64,000 bases of DNA from Ginglymostoma cirratum (taxonomy: Eukaryota): the NCBI GenBank assembly GCA_024137785.1, contig JAHRHZ010000222.1, positions 36,952,277 through 37,016,276 on the forward strand. The letters are read 5' to 3'. Every line of letters starts with the position of its first letter. Position 1 is the first letter of the stretch. Under the pieces are notes generated by a model. The model was given only the letters and a program-made list of their open reading frames with translations, had not been told where the DNA came from and searched no databases. Positions 39,367 through 51,951 of the stretch are shown here, piece by piece. The position numbers and the translations under genes were made by a program.

Positions 39367-42300
39367 AGCCTTCCTGCTCCTCTGATGCTGCTTGGCCTGC
39401 TCTGTTCATCCACTTCAAGTCTACTATTCTGATTCAAAATTATTCTTCCATGTAACTCAGAGGAGCAAATTTTATGCCAACTGTCAGGTAGTTATATCTT
39501 CTAAATTAAATGAAATAAAATGATTTTCTACACCAGAATATTGTCTGAAGTTAGAGTTCTGAATTGGTGCCTGGATAAAATGATTGATAGGTAAATGGAG
39601 TTAGGTAAGCTGTTTCATTACAACTTGATTCAAGTAGCATGAATTGACCATGATACATTTGTTTAATGGGCAGGGTACATGAAGGAAGCTTTAGATCTAT
39701 CTGAGCTGTTGGGGATCAACTATTTCCTAGTTTATTGTTTCCTGCCTCATTCCTTATTGATTTTATTTCAGTTGGTCACTGGTCATTAGTTTGAACTATA
39801 TGTTGGTTTAATTAAATGTAGGTTGGCAGAGCATGCAAAAAATAATTTCAAGATTTGCTGTGCAAACCATTGTAGTTAACTTTTTAAATTGCTTCTCAAC
39901 AAATACATCCTTTATTCTGATACTATCTTTTATGATCAGAAATATACATATACTTTAATTAAGGATGAAAAATCACATCCATATAATGCATTTCTGTTTC
40001 AGTCTCTATACTTGTTCCAGTCAAAACACACAATATTTCCTTCCAAATCCCTTGGCTTCTTTTTAAATAAATTCTACAAAACTATTAGGTCAAAACATAA
40101 AGTATCTAAACAGATGGCACAAAGCCTTTCTTCTGATGTCAAAAAGTTCCTCAGAGAAAACCCTTCCAGGCTACTGAAAGCTTGGCACATTTTTTTTAAG
40201 TTTCAAAAAATACAGCAGCAATTGAGTTGTGAAAATGTTCTTAGGCTCTTTTTAATGTCACAGTCTGTTGTTGGAGATTATGTTGAATTATTCAGGGTTA
40301 AATCAAACACATTTCTGCAGATGGAAAATTGGCACACGCACAGCATCATGCTGCAGAAAGCTTAACAAAGCCTCGAGCCGCTACAGCTGTTTTACTTTGT
40401 TTCAGAGAAATCCAAGGCGTGCTATAGGAAATACATAATAGAGCAAACAAAAACTCTTCAACAGAGAAATTAAATGAGGAATAATCCATCAATTCTAACC
40501 AGTGCTTCACAAGTACAAATTCAGTATTTACCCTATAAACCAGTCCTTAATGTCTAACCAATCAGCTGGATCCATACACATAACAGTTAATATCTAAAAT
40601 GTTGATGAAATGTTTTCCAGTCAATTCGCATGACAAAAAGCAATCACAATGATAAACACACCTCGGGCCACATTTAACTTACTTTGATATTATCAGAGGG
40701 CAGAAGAGCGTATGGTGGGGTGATGCATTTTGCATAGTGCTTTTAACTGACGGGGCATTGAAGCTCAAATCCACATCTAATGGATGAAAACAGTTCTTTA
40801 TGATTCTTTATTCTGGATCATATTGTAGAACAGAACTCTTGTGGAAAGCTCCATCTTGATGAGCAACATTTCCCCATTGGAGGAGGACTCAAAGTTAGAT
40901 ATTCAGTCTTCTATACATCACATTCAATTTGCAAAGAAAACCAAAAGAATTAATCCCAGATAATCTCATGAGAATGCGCTAACAGGATTTATACTGTTTA
41001 AGATAATTTTGGGGACAGCCAGTGCAATTGCACATATCAGATTAAGTAAGACTAATCTCATTCCACAGAATAGTCCTTTTTGGAAGACTAGGAGAGTACT
41101 TTACAGACCTTAGACTATCTCACAAAATGATCTACCTAATTGAGAATGAGATAGACTCAGTCCTGTCAAGGAGTGGGAACAATTCTGCAAAGGGAAGATA
41201 AATCATCAATTAATCCTCATCCAATGAGGCCAGCTCTTAGAGAAGTCCGCAAGAAAATTAATGTTGCACATTAGATCATATTGGGAGTATGGCATAAGGA
41301 AGCTTTTAGAATAGCAGCAATGTCACTTACATCACCATTTATCAGAACTTTCCCACTGCCAGTACTCATCAAATTTGTGAGATTCATTTGGTATTTCATT
41401 TCTTATTCCAACACCAATCAGATTCACATAGGCTCCAATTTATTTGAAAACTTGAAAAGATTCAAGAGAAATTGTTCCATTTAGGTTGGAAAACAAGCAC
41501 GATTTTGTGTTTTTTAAAATATTTTATATATTTTTTAAAATGTTTCAGAATATTTTGATTTTCTTCTCACCTATGGGTTCAACTGGCCTGTTTCATATCT
41601 GTGAAAGATTAATTTCAATTAATAATGCTATAGAGTTAATCTTTTTATGATTATACAAAAATCTTTATTTTCATTTTCTATTGATATAATTTACAAATTT
41701 TGTTCTCTTCTTTTCAATTTTTTGCTTTTATGATTTTGTTAAAATATTTCTATTTCTTATCAACCAAATGTGAATGGCGTAGTTATTCACTGAAGGGGAA
41801 GCAATGTTGAGGGAAGAATAATTCATTCTTTTAAATGGGATGTAATAACAAAACTTAGACTCAATGTTAATATTTTTATAAACATTATTGTCTTGGAAGT
41901 TCGAGGGGGCTTGAGTGAAGTCTCCCTCTTACGAGGCCACTCAGTGAAGTCAGTTACACCAAGTCATCCCATGATCCCAGAATGAATGACTGAGTGACCC
42001 CATTGCAAATGGTAACCTGCATTCCCAGAATACTTCTCCAGCATCAGATGTTTTTGATCACCCATTAGCTGGAATGAAATCTTGGTCCCAAGTTTGAAGT
42101 GAAACCACTTTGGCACCAGTAAACCAGCCAAAAAGGGAGAAAATTGAATCTTAAAGCTTCACATGTCAGTAGGAAACTTGACATCTTCAAAACAAAATTG
42201 TAAAATACATTTCAGTTTCAGTTCATCAAATTTTCTTAAAGGAAGAGAGCACTTAGAAAAACGTAATTGTGCACATCCATACTTTCATTTTTTATTTTAA

Positions 42301-43329
42301 CAGCATTTTGTTTTCAATAAAATTTAGATCTATTTCATTGAAGCCTTGTAGCTTCAGTTTGCCCTTCTGTGTATGTAATTAGTTTGATTTCATGAATCAT
42401 TCAAGGGTAAATTTGCTGTGTTATTTCTTCATCGTGCCTCTTATTCCATTAACCTTCTTACTCAGTCTCCATCTCCCTCAGCTTATTCACATCTCCTTTT
42501 GACACCAGGTTTTCTGGATATCATAAATTTTAATGACACTTAACCTTTCTTTCCATTGGGACAGTTTCATAGCGTGGTTCTCATTTTGTCATGTTTTATT
42601 GCATGATTGTAGTTTCACTCTACAAACAGCCGTTTCGATTCCTCTAAAACCATTTCTTTTTAAGAATGAGTCCATCTTCATGCAATGCTGACTTGAAATT
42701 TGTATAATGTATGAAAACATTATAAAATTCCTGCTTCTACTATTTTGATTAAACCTTTTAAAATAAACAATTAAATGACACTGTTAGAACAATAGACAGA
42801 GGAATTCATTTGTACGCTAATATTCTGAGTTTAATTTCAAGGAGTGCATCCTTATTTTCACCCAGTGTTTATCCGTTTTCTCCTTTAGATATCATCCTCA
42901 GTGGTTTCTCTCAATCTTAATTTCCCAACAAACATTCCTTCAATTTCCCTCTGAACATCCCTGTAATCCTCCATACTTACATTCTATGTATTCTCCTATT
43001 TATTTCCTTTGCATTCTGATCCTATACATCCTTGAGTCCACATTCTAACTTCTTCCTCCACCCTCCACTGATATCCTATGTGATGCAGGTCCCAATTTTC
43101 TTTGAACATTTATAAATATAAGATCCAGGAATCAGTACAATCTTGATAGACCTATACTGATTCACTGGGCAGGTAATGCAATGTGTTGCTGCCAGCACAA
43201 CCCACGTGGCATTCTTCAATTATATCAAAAACAAAAACTGTGCAGGTCATTGCCAGTGTTTTCTGCATTATTGTTTGCCCTGGATAATTGATACAAGCTT
43301 GAATAATGTTACCCAAATGCATTCCCTGA

Positions 43330-43952
43330 AATGGTAAAGAGATGCATGAGTATAGCTTTATAGGACATTAGTTGGGCCACACTTGGAATATTGCATACAG
43401 TTCTGGTAACCACACTGCCAGAAGGATGTGGATGCTTTGGAAAGGGTACAGAAATGGTTTACCAGGATGTTGCCTGGAATGGAGGATTTTAGCTGTGAAG
43501 AAAGGTTGGATAGACTGGGTTTGTTTTTACTGGAACACAAAAGGTTGAGGGGTGACCTGATAGAAGTTTACAAGATTGTGAATAGCATGGATACAGTAGA
43601 AAGTATGATGCTGTTTTCCAGGGTAGAGGGGTCAAATACTAGGGGACACAGGTTGAAGGTGCAAGGTTGGTGGGGGGAGGTAAGGAGGTGGGGGGAGATT
43701 GTCTAAAAGAGATGTGCAAGGCAATCTTTTACACACAAAGGGCAGTGGGTGCCTGGATAGCATTGCCAGAGGTGGTGGTGGAAGCAGATGTAATAGCAGC
43801 ATTCATGAAACACTTGGATAAATACATGAATAGGAATAGAGGGATACAGATCTTGTAAGTGAAGACTGTATAGTATGGAAGGGCAAAATGTGTTGGTGCG
43901 GACTTGGAGTGCTGAAGGGCCGGTTCCTATTCTGTATTATTCTTTGTTCTTT
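43330..43952 (+). mobile_element. CR1/HER LINE 3' fragment
   Basis: YRTLVGPHLEYCIQFW*PHCQKDVDALERVQKWFTRMLPG...LRGDLIEVYKI; tail tgctgaagggccggttcctattctgtattattctttgttcttt. Confidence 0.92.
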
Positions 43953-44079
43953 GTGTAACCAGTGCAATAATCTTTCATCATTTCCAATTGTGGGTATCTT
44001 TATGAACTGAGTTACCACAAGTACAATAAAACCAAACTGTAGTGGCTGTTTTCAGGGACACTTTGTATCTCAAGAGCAC

Positions 44080-44825
44080 ATAAACAGAAATAAGTCCTTG
44101 AGCCTATTCTACCATTTGGTTAGATTATGCATGATATGCAGCTTAACGCTATCTACCTGTCAGAACTTAAAAATCTATCAGTTTCAGTTCTAGAATTTCA
44201 TATGACTTAGCGTCAGCAACTGTATAAGGGAAAGAGCTCCAAATTTCCACTAACTTTATGTGAAGATGTGTTTCCTGACTCACACCTGAATAGCCTGATC
44301 TAATAATTGGTTATGCTGTCTTCTGCTGAAAACCTTAGTAAAGTTTTGCTCTGACAAATTCTCAATGCATCTGAATTAGACCACCACGTGATCTTCTCTG
44401 CTCAAGACAATATAAGCCTCTTGCATGCAATCTTCCTCATAGATACTTTCTCATCAACCTGCTCAAAGATGTCATTACACACCTCTGGGACAGATGGGAC
44501 TTGAACCTAGGCCTCCAAGTTCAGAGCCAGGGACACTACAAGTGAGTCATGAGAGTCCCCCAGTTCCTTATAATTAACTCTCCTAGCTCCAGTATTGTTT
44601 TGGTGAATCTGCACTGCAGCTCCTCAGAAGCCAACATATCTTTCCAGAACTGTTGCACTAAAAATTAAACATAGTCTTCTGGATGAGATCCAACCGAAGC
44701 AATTGTAACATAACATCCATTCCTTTGCATTCTTAGATACATGACAAATTCCATTAACGTTTATAATTTTATTTTCACCTATTGATCAGCTTTATATCAT
44801 ATTTGTACCTACCCTCCCTAAATTG
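44080..44825 (-). mobile_element. Old CR1-like 3' fragment containing a SINE head (~44465-44560)
   Basis: aaacagaaataagtccttgagcc...; ggtgaatctgcactgcagctcctc is the reverse complement of E.VQ.RFT. Confidence 0.65.
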
Positions 44826-45165
44826 GGGAGAATATGGCCTAATGGTATTATTGCTGGACTGTTAATCCAGAGACCCAGGGTATGGTCTGGGGACCCTGGT
44901 TCAAATCTTATGACAGCAGATAGTGGAATTTGAATTCAATAAATAAAAAGCAGGAATTAATGACGACCGTCATTGATTATTGGAAAAAAAAGCATCTGGT
45001 ACACGAGTACACTTTAGATAAGGAATCTGCCATCCTTACCTGGCTGGGCCTATATGTGATTTCAGACCCACAGCAATGCGGTTGACTCTTAACTGCCGTT
45101 TGGGCAATTAGGGATGGGCAATGAATGCTGGCCCAGCTAGCGATGCCCTCAACCTGTGATTTTTT
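44826..45165 (+). mobile_element. tRNA-derived SINE, same family as 15525-15783
   Basis: tggcctaatggtattattgctggactgttaatccagagaccc...ggttcaaatc; tail gggcaattagggatgggcaatgaatgctggcc. Confidence 0.8.
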
Positions 45166-45569
45166 TTTAAAGTTGTGCTGCTGATAGCTTTTTACAATTT
45201 GGTTTATCTTCCTTTGCTCCAGAAAAGGACTGTCTTACATTTTCCATATAAAGTTCCATGGGGGAATTTAATATTGGCACCAGGAGTCTTATTTCCTGGT
45301 AGAAGACTAGGCACAAATGTTGCTTCTTTTCAGGAAGACTCATGGCAACAGCAAGGACAGGGCTCCAGGCCAACAAAAGCTGCTAACCAATCAGAGGTCA
45401 ACAGCTCCCCATGGCTCAGGAGCAATCCCAGGCAGGTGATGACTGCTGCCAGTAATATACCCACTGAGGCCCAGGACCCATGTCACAGGTTAATGTTGGC
45501 AGAAAGGGAATCACATGGGTCATGTGGGAATGGGATTTGACAGCAAGGACAGAAAAGTAACCCTTAAGA

Positions 45570-45940
45570 TTATGCCCTCTGGTCCCAGAATCACTGACAA
45601 GGAGAAACAACCTCTCTACACATACCTTATTAAACCCTCTAATAAGCTTATATGTTTCAGAAGGTCTCCTCTCATTCTCCTAATCTCCGATGAGTGCAGA
45701 CCCACTTACCCACCCCACTTCATAACAAAATCCCTCCATGAACTGCCTACAATGTCAATACATCTTTCCTCAGATAAGGGGACCAAAACTATCCGCAGTA
45801 TTCCAGCTGTGGTCTGACCAGTGCATTGTATACTTTTAGTAAGACTTCCTTATTTTTATAATCCACATAATCCATTGAAATATAGGCCAACATTCCCTTT
45901 ACTTTCTGTACTATCTGCTGACCTTGCGTGCTAACTTTGA
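45570..45940 (-). mobile_element. CR1-like RT C-terminal fragment
   Basis: ggaccaaaactatccgcagtattccagctgtggtctgaccagtgc reads LVRPQLEYCG*FWSP on the minus strand. Confidence 0.8.
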
Positions 45941-46279
45941 GCTACATTGGAAATATTGTATAACAATGAAGCAGTTGAGGTCATTTAAAAGCCAATGTTT
46001 AAATGCTAAACCTCAAATAATTGAAGCATGGAACATTTTTTCCAATTGGACAACAACTCAGCAGGGTCAATGAGGTGAGAATACAGTGTGATGGGTATCA
46101 TGAATCTAACAAGCTGGAAAAGTTTTCAGTCAGTGTAACTAGAGAGCAGCAGCAATGGCCAGGCTTCTGTTCAAAACACTTTTTCCTTTGTGTGACTGCT
46201 TTTACTGCTTTACAGAAGACCACCAACTCTCATTTTTCTACTTTACCTGTTTAATGCCTCATTAACCTTCAACTAGTCT

Positions 46280-46640
46280 TCACCATGCAACTGGAACAAC
46301 TATTGCAGCTCCATGTTTCATCTCTGCTGAAGTTCCAGAGCAGAAACTCCTGGTCAACTCCTCCCACAGAAACACGAGCTGACTTCTCCAAAGCTATGGG
46401 CCCAGACAAAGGACAAACAAGATGATCACCGAGCTCTACCTGAAAGAGGCTTCCAGCAGAGATTCTGCGTACAAAAGATCAGCTGCTTCAATATACAAAC
46501 ACTTCACGAGCCACAGGTTATTATGACAGGTTGCTCCTGACATCTGCAGACTCTGGGGATAAGATCCCTATTGCAATCGAACACACTGCCATGTGATTAT
46601 CGTGGCCAATAAGCTGTCTGTCACTGGAGGACAGCCCACA
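46280..46640 (+). mobile_element. Possible Harbinger transposase N-terminal remnant
   Basis: Broken frames give QVAPDICRLW...IIVANKLSVT, reminiscent of the HARBI1-like QVV.DIC.LL...LPVAVKVT segment. Highly degraded. Confidence 0.3.
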
Positions 46641-46989
46641 TCAATCCCTAGGGTGTCTGTCTCTCTGTGTTGTGCTAGAAGAGATAGCAGAAAGGTGAGG
46701 GCGCCTGTAATAATTTATGTACAGAGGATGAAAGAATATCATTTGTGGAGGGTGAATGAGAGGCATACGTCTGCTAGGGCAATGGTGTATGGTAGATTTT
46801 GACCACAGCTCACCCTGGAGTAAGATCTATCTGCTAGATTTGTAACTACCATACTCTTCCCTGCTAGTGATCTACTGGCCTAGTGTGGCAGAGGTAATCC
46901 TAATGAGAAGAGGCTCTTTTCTTAAATAAGGTTTAGTTTATTGCATGATAGCAACTAGGTGCAATGTCCATTGTTTTGACAGACATTAG

Positions 46990-47240
46990 ACTGAATTTTA
47001 TCAGAAATTGGTTTTGTGTCAATTGTATCAATTTTGTGAGTTTCATAGAAAGTTTCTCTTGAAGAGTCCTTGCAGGTTTTATCAACACACTGTTCTCAGC
47101 AACTCACCTCATTAGCAATGCACCATGCTGTCATTTGTCCTATGTTGCTTCTCACCTGAGATGGAAGGACTCATCACTGCTGGGACCTCCTGTTGGAGGC
47201 ACCATTTTTAAAATGCAATTGTACACCAGGGTCAAGTGCT
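46990..47240 (+). mobile_element. Harbinger-derived terminal fragment
   Basis: gactgaattttatcagaaattgg...ctcacctcattagc matches the starts at 18741 and 49107 and the reverse complement of 10870-11009. Confidence 0.5.
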
Positions 47241-47289
47241 GACAGTCTGAAGCTGCCTTGCACTGTACCTGGTTGTCAAGAATTGAAAC

Positions 47290-47575
47290 AGAGACAGAGT
47301 TATACGTCTCTATACGTCCATCCAAGTCTGGTCCACAATGACCAGGCATCCCAATCTGACCTAGTCCCATTTGCCAACATTTGGCCGTGCAACCCTCTAA
47401 TCCCTTTATATTCATATACACATCCAGACTGGCCGTGCTAAATTGCCCATAGTGCTCAGGGATGTGTAGATTAGGTGGGTTATAGGGGGATGGGTCTGGG
47501 TGGGATGCTCTGAGGGTCAGTGTGGCCCCATGTTGGGCCGAAGGACCTGTTTCCTCACTGTAGGTGTTCTATGTT
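47290..47575. mobile_element. CR1/HER 3' end (minus, ~47290-47425) fused to an HE1 SINE 3' half (plus, ~47428-47575)
   Basis: ccaatctgacctagtcccatttgccaacatttggcc, then ggccgtgctaaattgcccatagtg...gggccgaaggacctgtttcctcactgtagg. Confidence 0.8.
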
Positions 47576-49106
47576 CCAGTATTGTGGCCAAAGATCAAAA
47601 TGAGTCTATTAATGAAAATGTGGCTGCATCAACCCAGCTTGCAAAGAGGAGTCTCTGTATGGAGTCTGATTTCTGGTAGCTTCATTGAAGAGGCAGCAGG
47701 CATGCATCCAAAGCATCTTATTCCAGAAAGGAGGAGGAGAGAAAACTGTATCAATTTTCCTTCACAAAAATGCAAAACAAGTCAGTCCAGGTTTTAAGGT
47801 TGGAAATCTGGTATTATAGGTCGTAAACTCAAACTTGAGTGGTAGTATCCAAAATCTAACATGGTTAGGCATAGTCAGAGCACTATCGTTACCTTTCAAG
47901 ATTTGGTCAATACTGTACGAAACACAAAGTCTAAAAATAAGAGCATATCCATATTCATAAATAGTCTGTACAATAGGAAACTAATTTTTGTTCTTGAGAC
48001 AATCAAGAGTGGTTTGTGTTAACATCAAAGAAATGCGAATTTGCAAATAGTTACATCAGGACCATGACATTAAGTTAAGGGCGCTTGTGCAAAACAGACT
48101 CAAACATTAGCTGCATAGTTACCCTTTCCTCAGGAAAATGTATATCTCCCAGGACAGAAATAGAGAAATAATGATTTAATTCATTGGTGACATGTACCAA
48201 AATATTGTCCCTTTATAACCTTACTAACTGTAAACACCATTAAAGTACAGTTGAGCCCATTACAATTGATGCTAGAGTTGAAGATCATTCTTCTACCGTA
48301 AACATAGTAAAAGCTACTTAATGTGATTACATGTGTGTGGCCTCCTTTGCTGGCATGCACGGTTTCCGTGACTCCATGAAGTAAACATTGGACAACATTG
48401 TGGTTGGTATTAGTAAAGTTTTGAAATGATGAAGGCATGAACAATGTATAAATATTCATTTTATTTCAAGTTAATAGCAAGGTACAGAATCCAAAAAGAT
48501 GTTGCAAGCAAGAAGTTTCTATAAATAAGTTTCTATGAAAGAAGACTGTTAATGTACTACAAATGTTTAACAGACTTTTATAAACAAGATGTCTGTGATA
48601 TCAAAATTAAACGTTGGCAGAACTTAACATCTAACATTACAACCATTATACTGAATATATATTGCGTGTGTATGAATAAATGACCTCAAAAGAACCTTTT
48701 AGGACAGGTTTCACAAGTTAAATGACTGTATTAGAATGAGTATTTCTGCAGTTGAGCCTGATAATGTTTTGTATCTTAGTGTTTAAATAAAAGTCTGCAG
48801 ATTTAAGAATACCAGCAAATTCATAGCCACAGAAAAATTGAGTTTACTGGCAGGAATTCTTAAAGTTTAAATGAACAATACTAATATAGATTAACTATTG
48901 TGCATTAAACATGAGACAGTTGAGGTCTGGTGCTATGCAGGGGACATACAAGAAATAGGTATGCAATCAATGAGCATTGTACCTACACTTTCCAAAACTT
49001 GACCTGATTTAACGGTAGGCTTTGAATTACAGTGCAAGCTATTAATAAGGAATTCCTTTATACATGGATCATTTGCCCATAAATAAAAGCCATCAGTAAA
49101 AATTTA

Positions 49107-49900
49107 GGGTGAAGTCTCAATTTGTTTTGGCTAGGCCTGAGTTGTGTCGAGTTGTCCCTGCAAAGGTGAGCAGGTTTTTTCGTCATATTTTACCAGTCTT
49201 GCCTCATTAACTACCAACCTGTCCTTATGGCATCCCTCATATCCGATTCCAGCCCAGTTTTACCACATGCCATTCCCAGAACATCTTGACATTTAGTGGA
49301 TATTCCAAAATACACCACCATTCCATGGTCCCCCCACAACCTTTAAATGCCTGTTGTGGACCCATCAATCTAGAGTTGCCCTGCATGATTCCTGATATTT
49401 TCCCTGGCCATGGCAGACAGGGGAAACTGGTGCCATACTTTATGGAGGGACCTAGAGTGCTGTTGGATTGTGTGGTGTGAGACCCCCTCTTCCCCCAGGA
49501 CCAGCAGTGAAGGGTTCAGCACCAGATCATGCCAGCCTGGTCCAAGGTTGACATCCAGGTTGAAGCAGTCTCAGCCTGTCTGGAGGACGGCCGTATAGGA
49601 AGAAGGTCAATTACCGTCTCCATTCCAACAGGGAAAAGTGCTACCATCTCCTCTCTGATAGTTTACCTTTGCTGCTGTTTCCACCTCCCATCAAGGTTCA
49701 TGCTCTACCACTCTCCCTATTGTCTCAACATCTTCCTCACTCACCATTACCTATGCCAAACCTCAACACCACAAATGCTGTAATGCCCCCTGTGCTGTGA
49801 ACACACTCACTTGGAATACCACCCACTTGCATCAAAAGTAATTGCTGTGTCACCCTCTTTCATCTCCCACAATATCTTCCTCTGACTCATTCTCTGAGGA
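49107..49900 (+). mobile_element. Harbinger-derived fragment with Myb/SANT-like exon
   Basis: From 49410, with frameshifts: MADRGKLVPYFM-RDL-VLLDCVV...LFPQDQQ*RVQHQIMPAWSKVDIQVEAVS, then aggaagaaggtcaattac (RKKVN). Confidence 0.65.
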
Positions 49901-51350
49901 ACCTCAAATCTGCATTCCCACCTACCGCTGATAATCTTTCATTCTTTTGCCAGCCAAGAATCTTTCCACCTCTTCCTTAAAAGGATTCAAAGACTCTGCT
50001 TCTGCCACCTTTTCAGGAAGTCAGTTCCAAAGTCTTTCAACCATCCTAATTCTGCTTCATCTCTATTTTAAAGTAGTTCCCCTTCAATGTTCCTGGTCGC
50101 ACAGCCCTCAGAGGGATCATTTAACAACAGGTGAAACTGGGGACTTAAATGCCCTCATTTTTAAGACAGTGTTTCCTGTGTTTGCACAATATCAGGTCTA
50201 GTCCATTCTGCTCTCTGGTCAGTTCTACAACATGCTGTTCTAAGAAATTATCCATAAAACATTTTATGAATGCCTCATTTAGAATGTGTTAGCCCATCTA
50301 ACATTAATATATAGATTAAAATCTCTCATAATAATCACCATCCCGTTCTGACAGGCTCTCATTGTTTCTCCGTTATGCTCTGCCTTATTGTGTGGAAGCT
50401 GTTAGAGAACTCCCAGAAGTGACTTCCTGCCTTTATGATTTCTCATCTCTGCTCTGTTTCTACATCCTGGTTTCCTGAACTTGGGTCATACCTCTCTCTG
50501 GTGCTAATGCAATCATTAATTACCAGAGCCATCCCTCCACCATTCTCTAGTTTCCTGTCCTTCCTAAGTGGCTTGTACACTTCAAGATTCTGGCACCAAT
50601 CCATGTCATCTTACAGCCATTTCTCTGTCATGACTACGAGACCATATTTATCTGCTTCTATTTGCAATTCATCAGGTTTGTTTAAAATGCTACATGTATT
50701 CAGATACAGAGGCTTCAATTTTTTGTTTTATTTTACCCTCTCGCCTTATCAGTTGATTTACTCTTTTTATGTACCCTCTATCCCTTATTATAATGGCCTG
50801 TTCGTCACCTCCAAAAATATTACCTTTCCTTTTTGCCTTATTTCTATTCTTTGATTTATTACACTTTCTGAAATTTGATCTGTTGCCTCACACTATTAAG
50901 TTTAAGCAGTTCTTTTACTTCCTTAATTATGCTGTTCATAAAAACGCCAATTCCCACAGAGTTCATATGGAGACAGTGGCAATGGCTCAAATCCAACTTT
51001 CCCAAATGCCCCACAAATTAGAATCAACTACTCCCAGACCATTCTTTCAGCCATGCATTCAGCTCTTTAATACAACTTGCTCCATGACACATTGCACATG
51101 GTGGCCAAGAGTTTATGACATTTGACAGGGTTCTGCTTCTTAAATTTTGTGCCTAGCTCCTAATATTAGCTTTCCAGAAGCTTTTTCTTTGTCCTGCCTA
51201 TGTTGTTGGTATCTACATGGCCCATGATGATTGGATTCTATGCCCTGACCCCACCTCCATCAGAAGTCCAGCCCTGGCACTGGGCAGACAACACAGCCAA
51301 ATGGATTCTCATTTCTGCATCAATCCCTCTGACTATACTGTACTTACTTG
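49900..51350 (-). mobile_element. CR1-like LINE fragments (3' part and 5'/endonuclease-side part)
   Basis: tctttccacctcttccttaaaaggattcaaagactctgcttc (CR1 3'); tctaagaaatt...tgaatgc and atgctacatgtattcagatacag are typical of the APE region. Confidence 0.7.
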
Positions 51351-51359
51351 CTGCCATGC

Positions 51360-51640
51360 AATAAACTACATCCTTTTACAATAAGAGCCTATTCTTGATA
51401 AGACTCAGTTGTAATTGATCCTTCACCACTGTCAACCAACTACAGTCTTAGATACAGACAAAGGACAGAGGATTGCTGCCAGCACAAACACCACAAATCC
51501 CCACAGTGAAGTCTCAGTGACCGCCCTTGACATCAAGGCAGAGTATGACTGAGCGTGGTTTCAAGGAGCCCAAACAAGTGAAGTAAAAGAGATTCTGGGG
51601 GAAGTACTTCCACCTCATCCAAAGAAAGATGCTTGCTTGC
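51360..51640 (+). mobile_element. LINE RT fragment
   Basis: gtgaccgcccttgacatcaaggcagagtatgactgagcgtgg reads VTALDIKAEYD*AW (LDIKAAFDRVW motif). Confidence 0.6.
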
Positions 51641-51869
51641 TAGATGTTAAACCAGATGTCAGTCTGTTGTTGAATTAGAACTCTGGACCTTTTCCTTAGG
51701 ATAGAGTTAATTGACTAAACAACCACACAATACAAATTTGTATCACCTGTTACTTTTTAAAATATAATTTCACTCAATCTTTTCAGATATGAAAAGACGC
51801 ACCTCCAGAGCATGTGGGATTTGAAGCCAAATGCAGGGGCACTACCATTGCGCCACAAGATCGCTATAA

Positions 51870-51951
51870 ATAACAAGAACGGATTTGAACCTAATCAGGT
51901 GGAGCACAATAGATAAATAGTCAATCAACTTAACCTCTTGCCCACCAAATT
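51870..51951 (-). pseudogene. tRNA-Ser(GCT)-like pseudogene
   Basis: Minus strand GGTGGGCAAGAGGTTAAGTTGATTGACTATTTATCTATTGTGCTCCACCTGATTAGGTTCAAATCC is colinear with vertebrate tRNA-Ser-GCT as recalled (GGTGGCCGAGTGGTTAAGGCGATGGACTGCTAATCCATTGTGCTCTGCACGCGTGGGTTCGAATCC); anticodon and stems mutated. Confidence 0.65.

Larger units (their letters stand above)
37419..39411. mobile_element. Penelope-derived inverted-repeat element whose arms (37419-37540, 39331-39411) enclose a gap and ~1.4 kb of unrelated DNA
   Basis: Exact 12 bp direct repeat acttcaagtcta at 37407-37418 and 39412-39423; the arms are reverse complements of each other. Confidence 0.65.

Noticed and set aside
39889-40365. 158 aa ORF
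   Set aside because: Non-ATG start, AT-driven composition, no recognisable domain or convincing exon boundaries.
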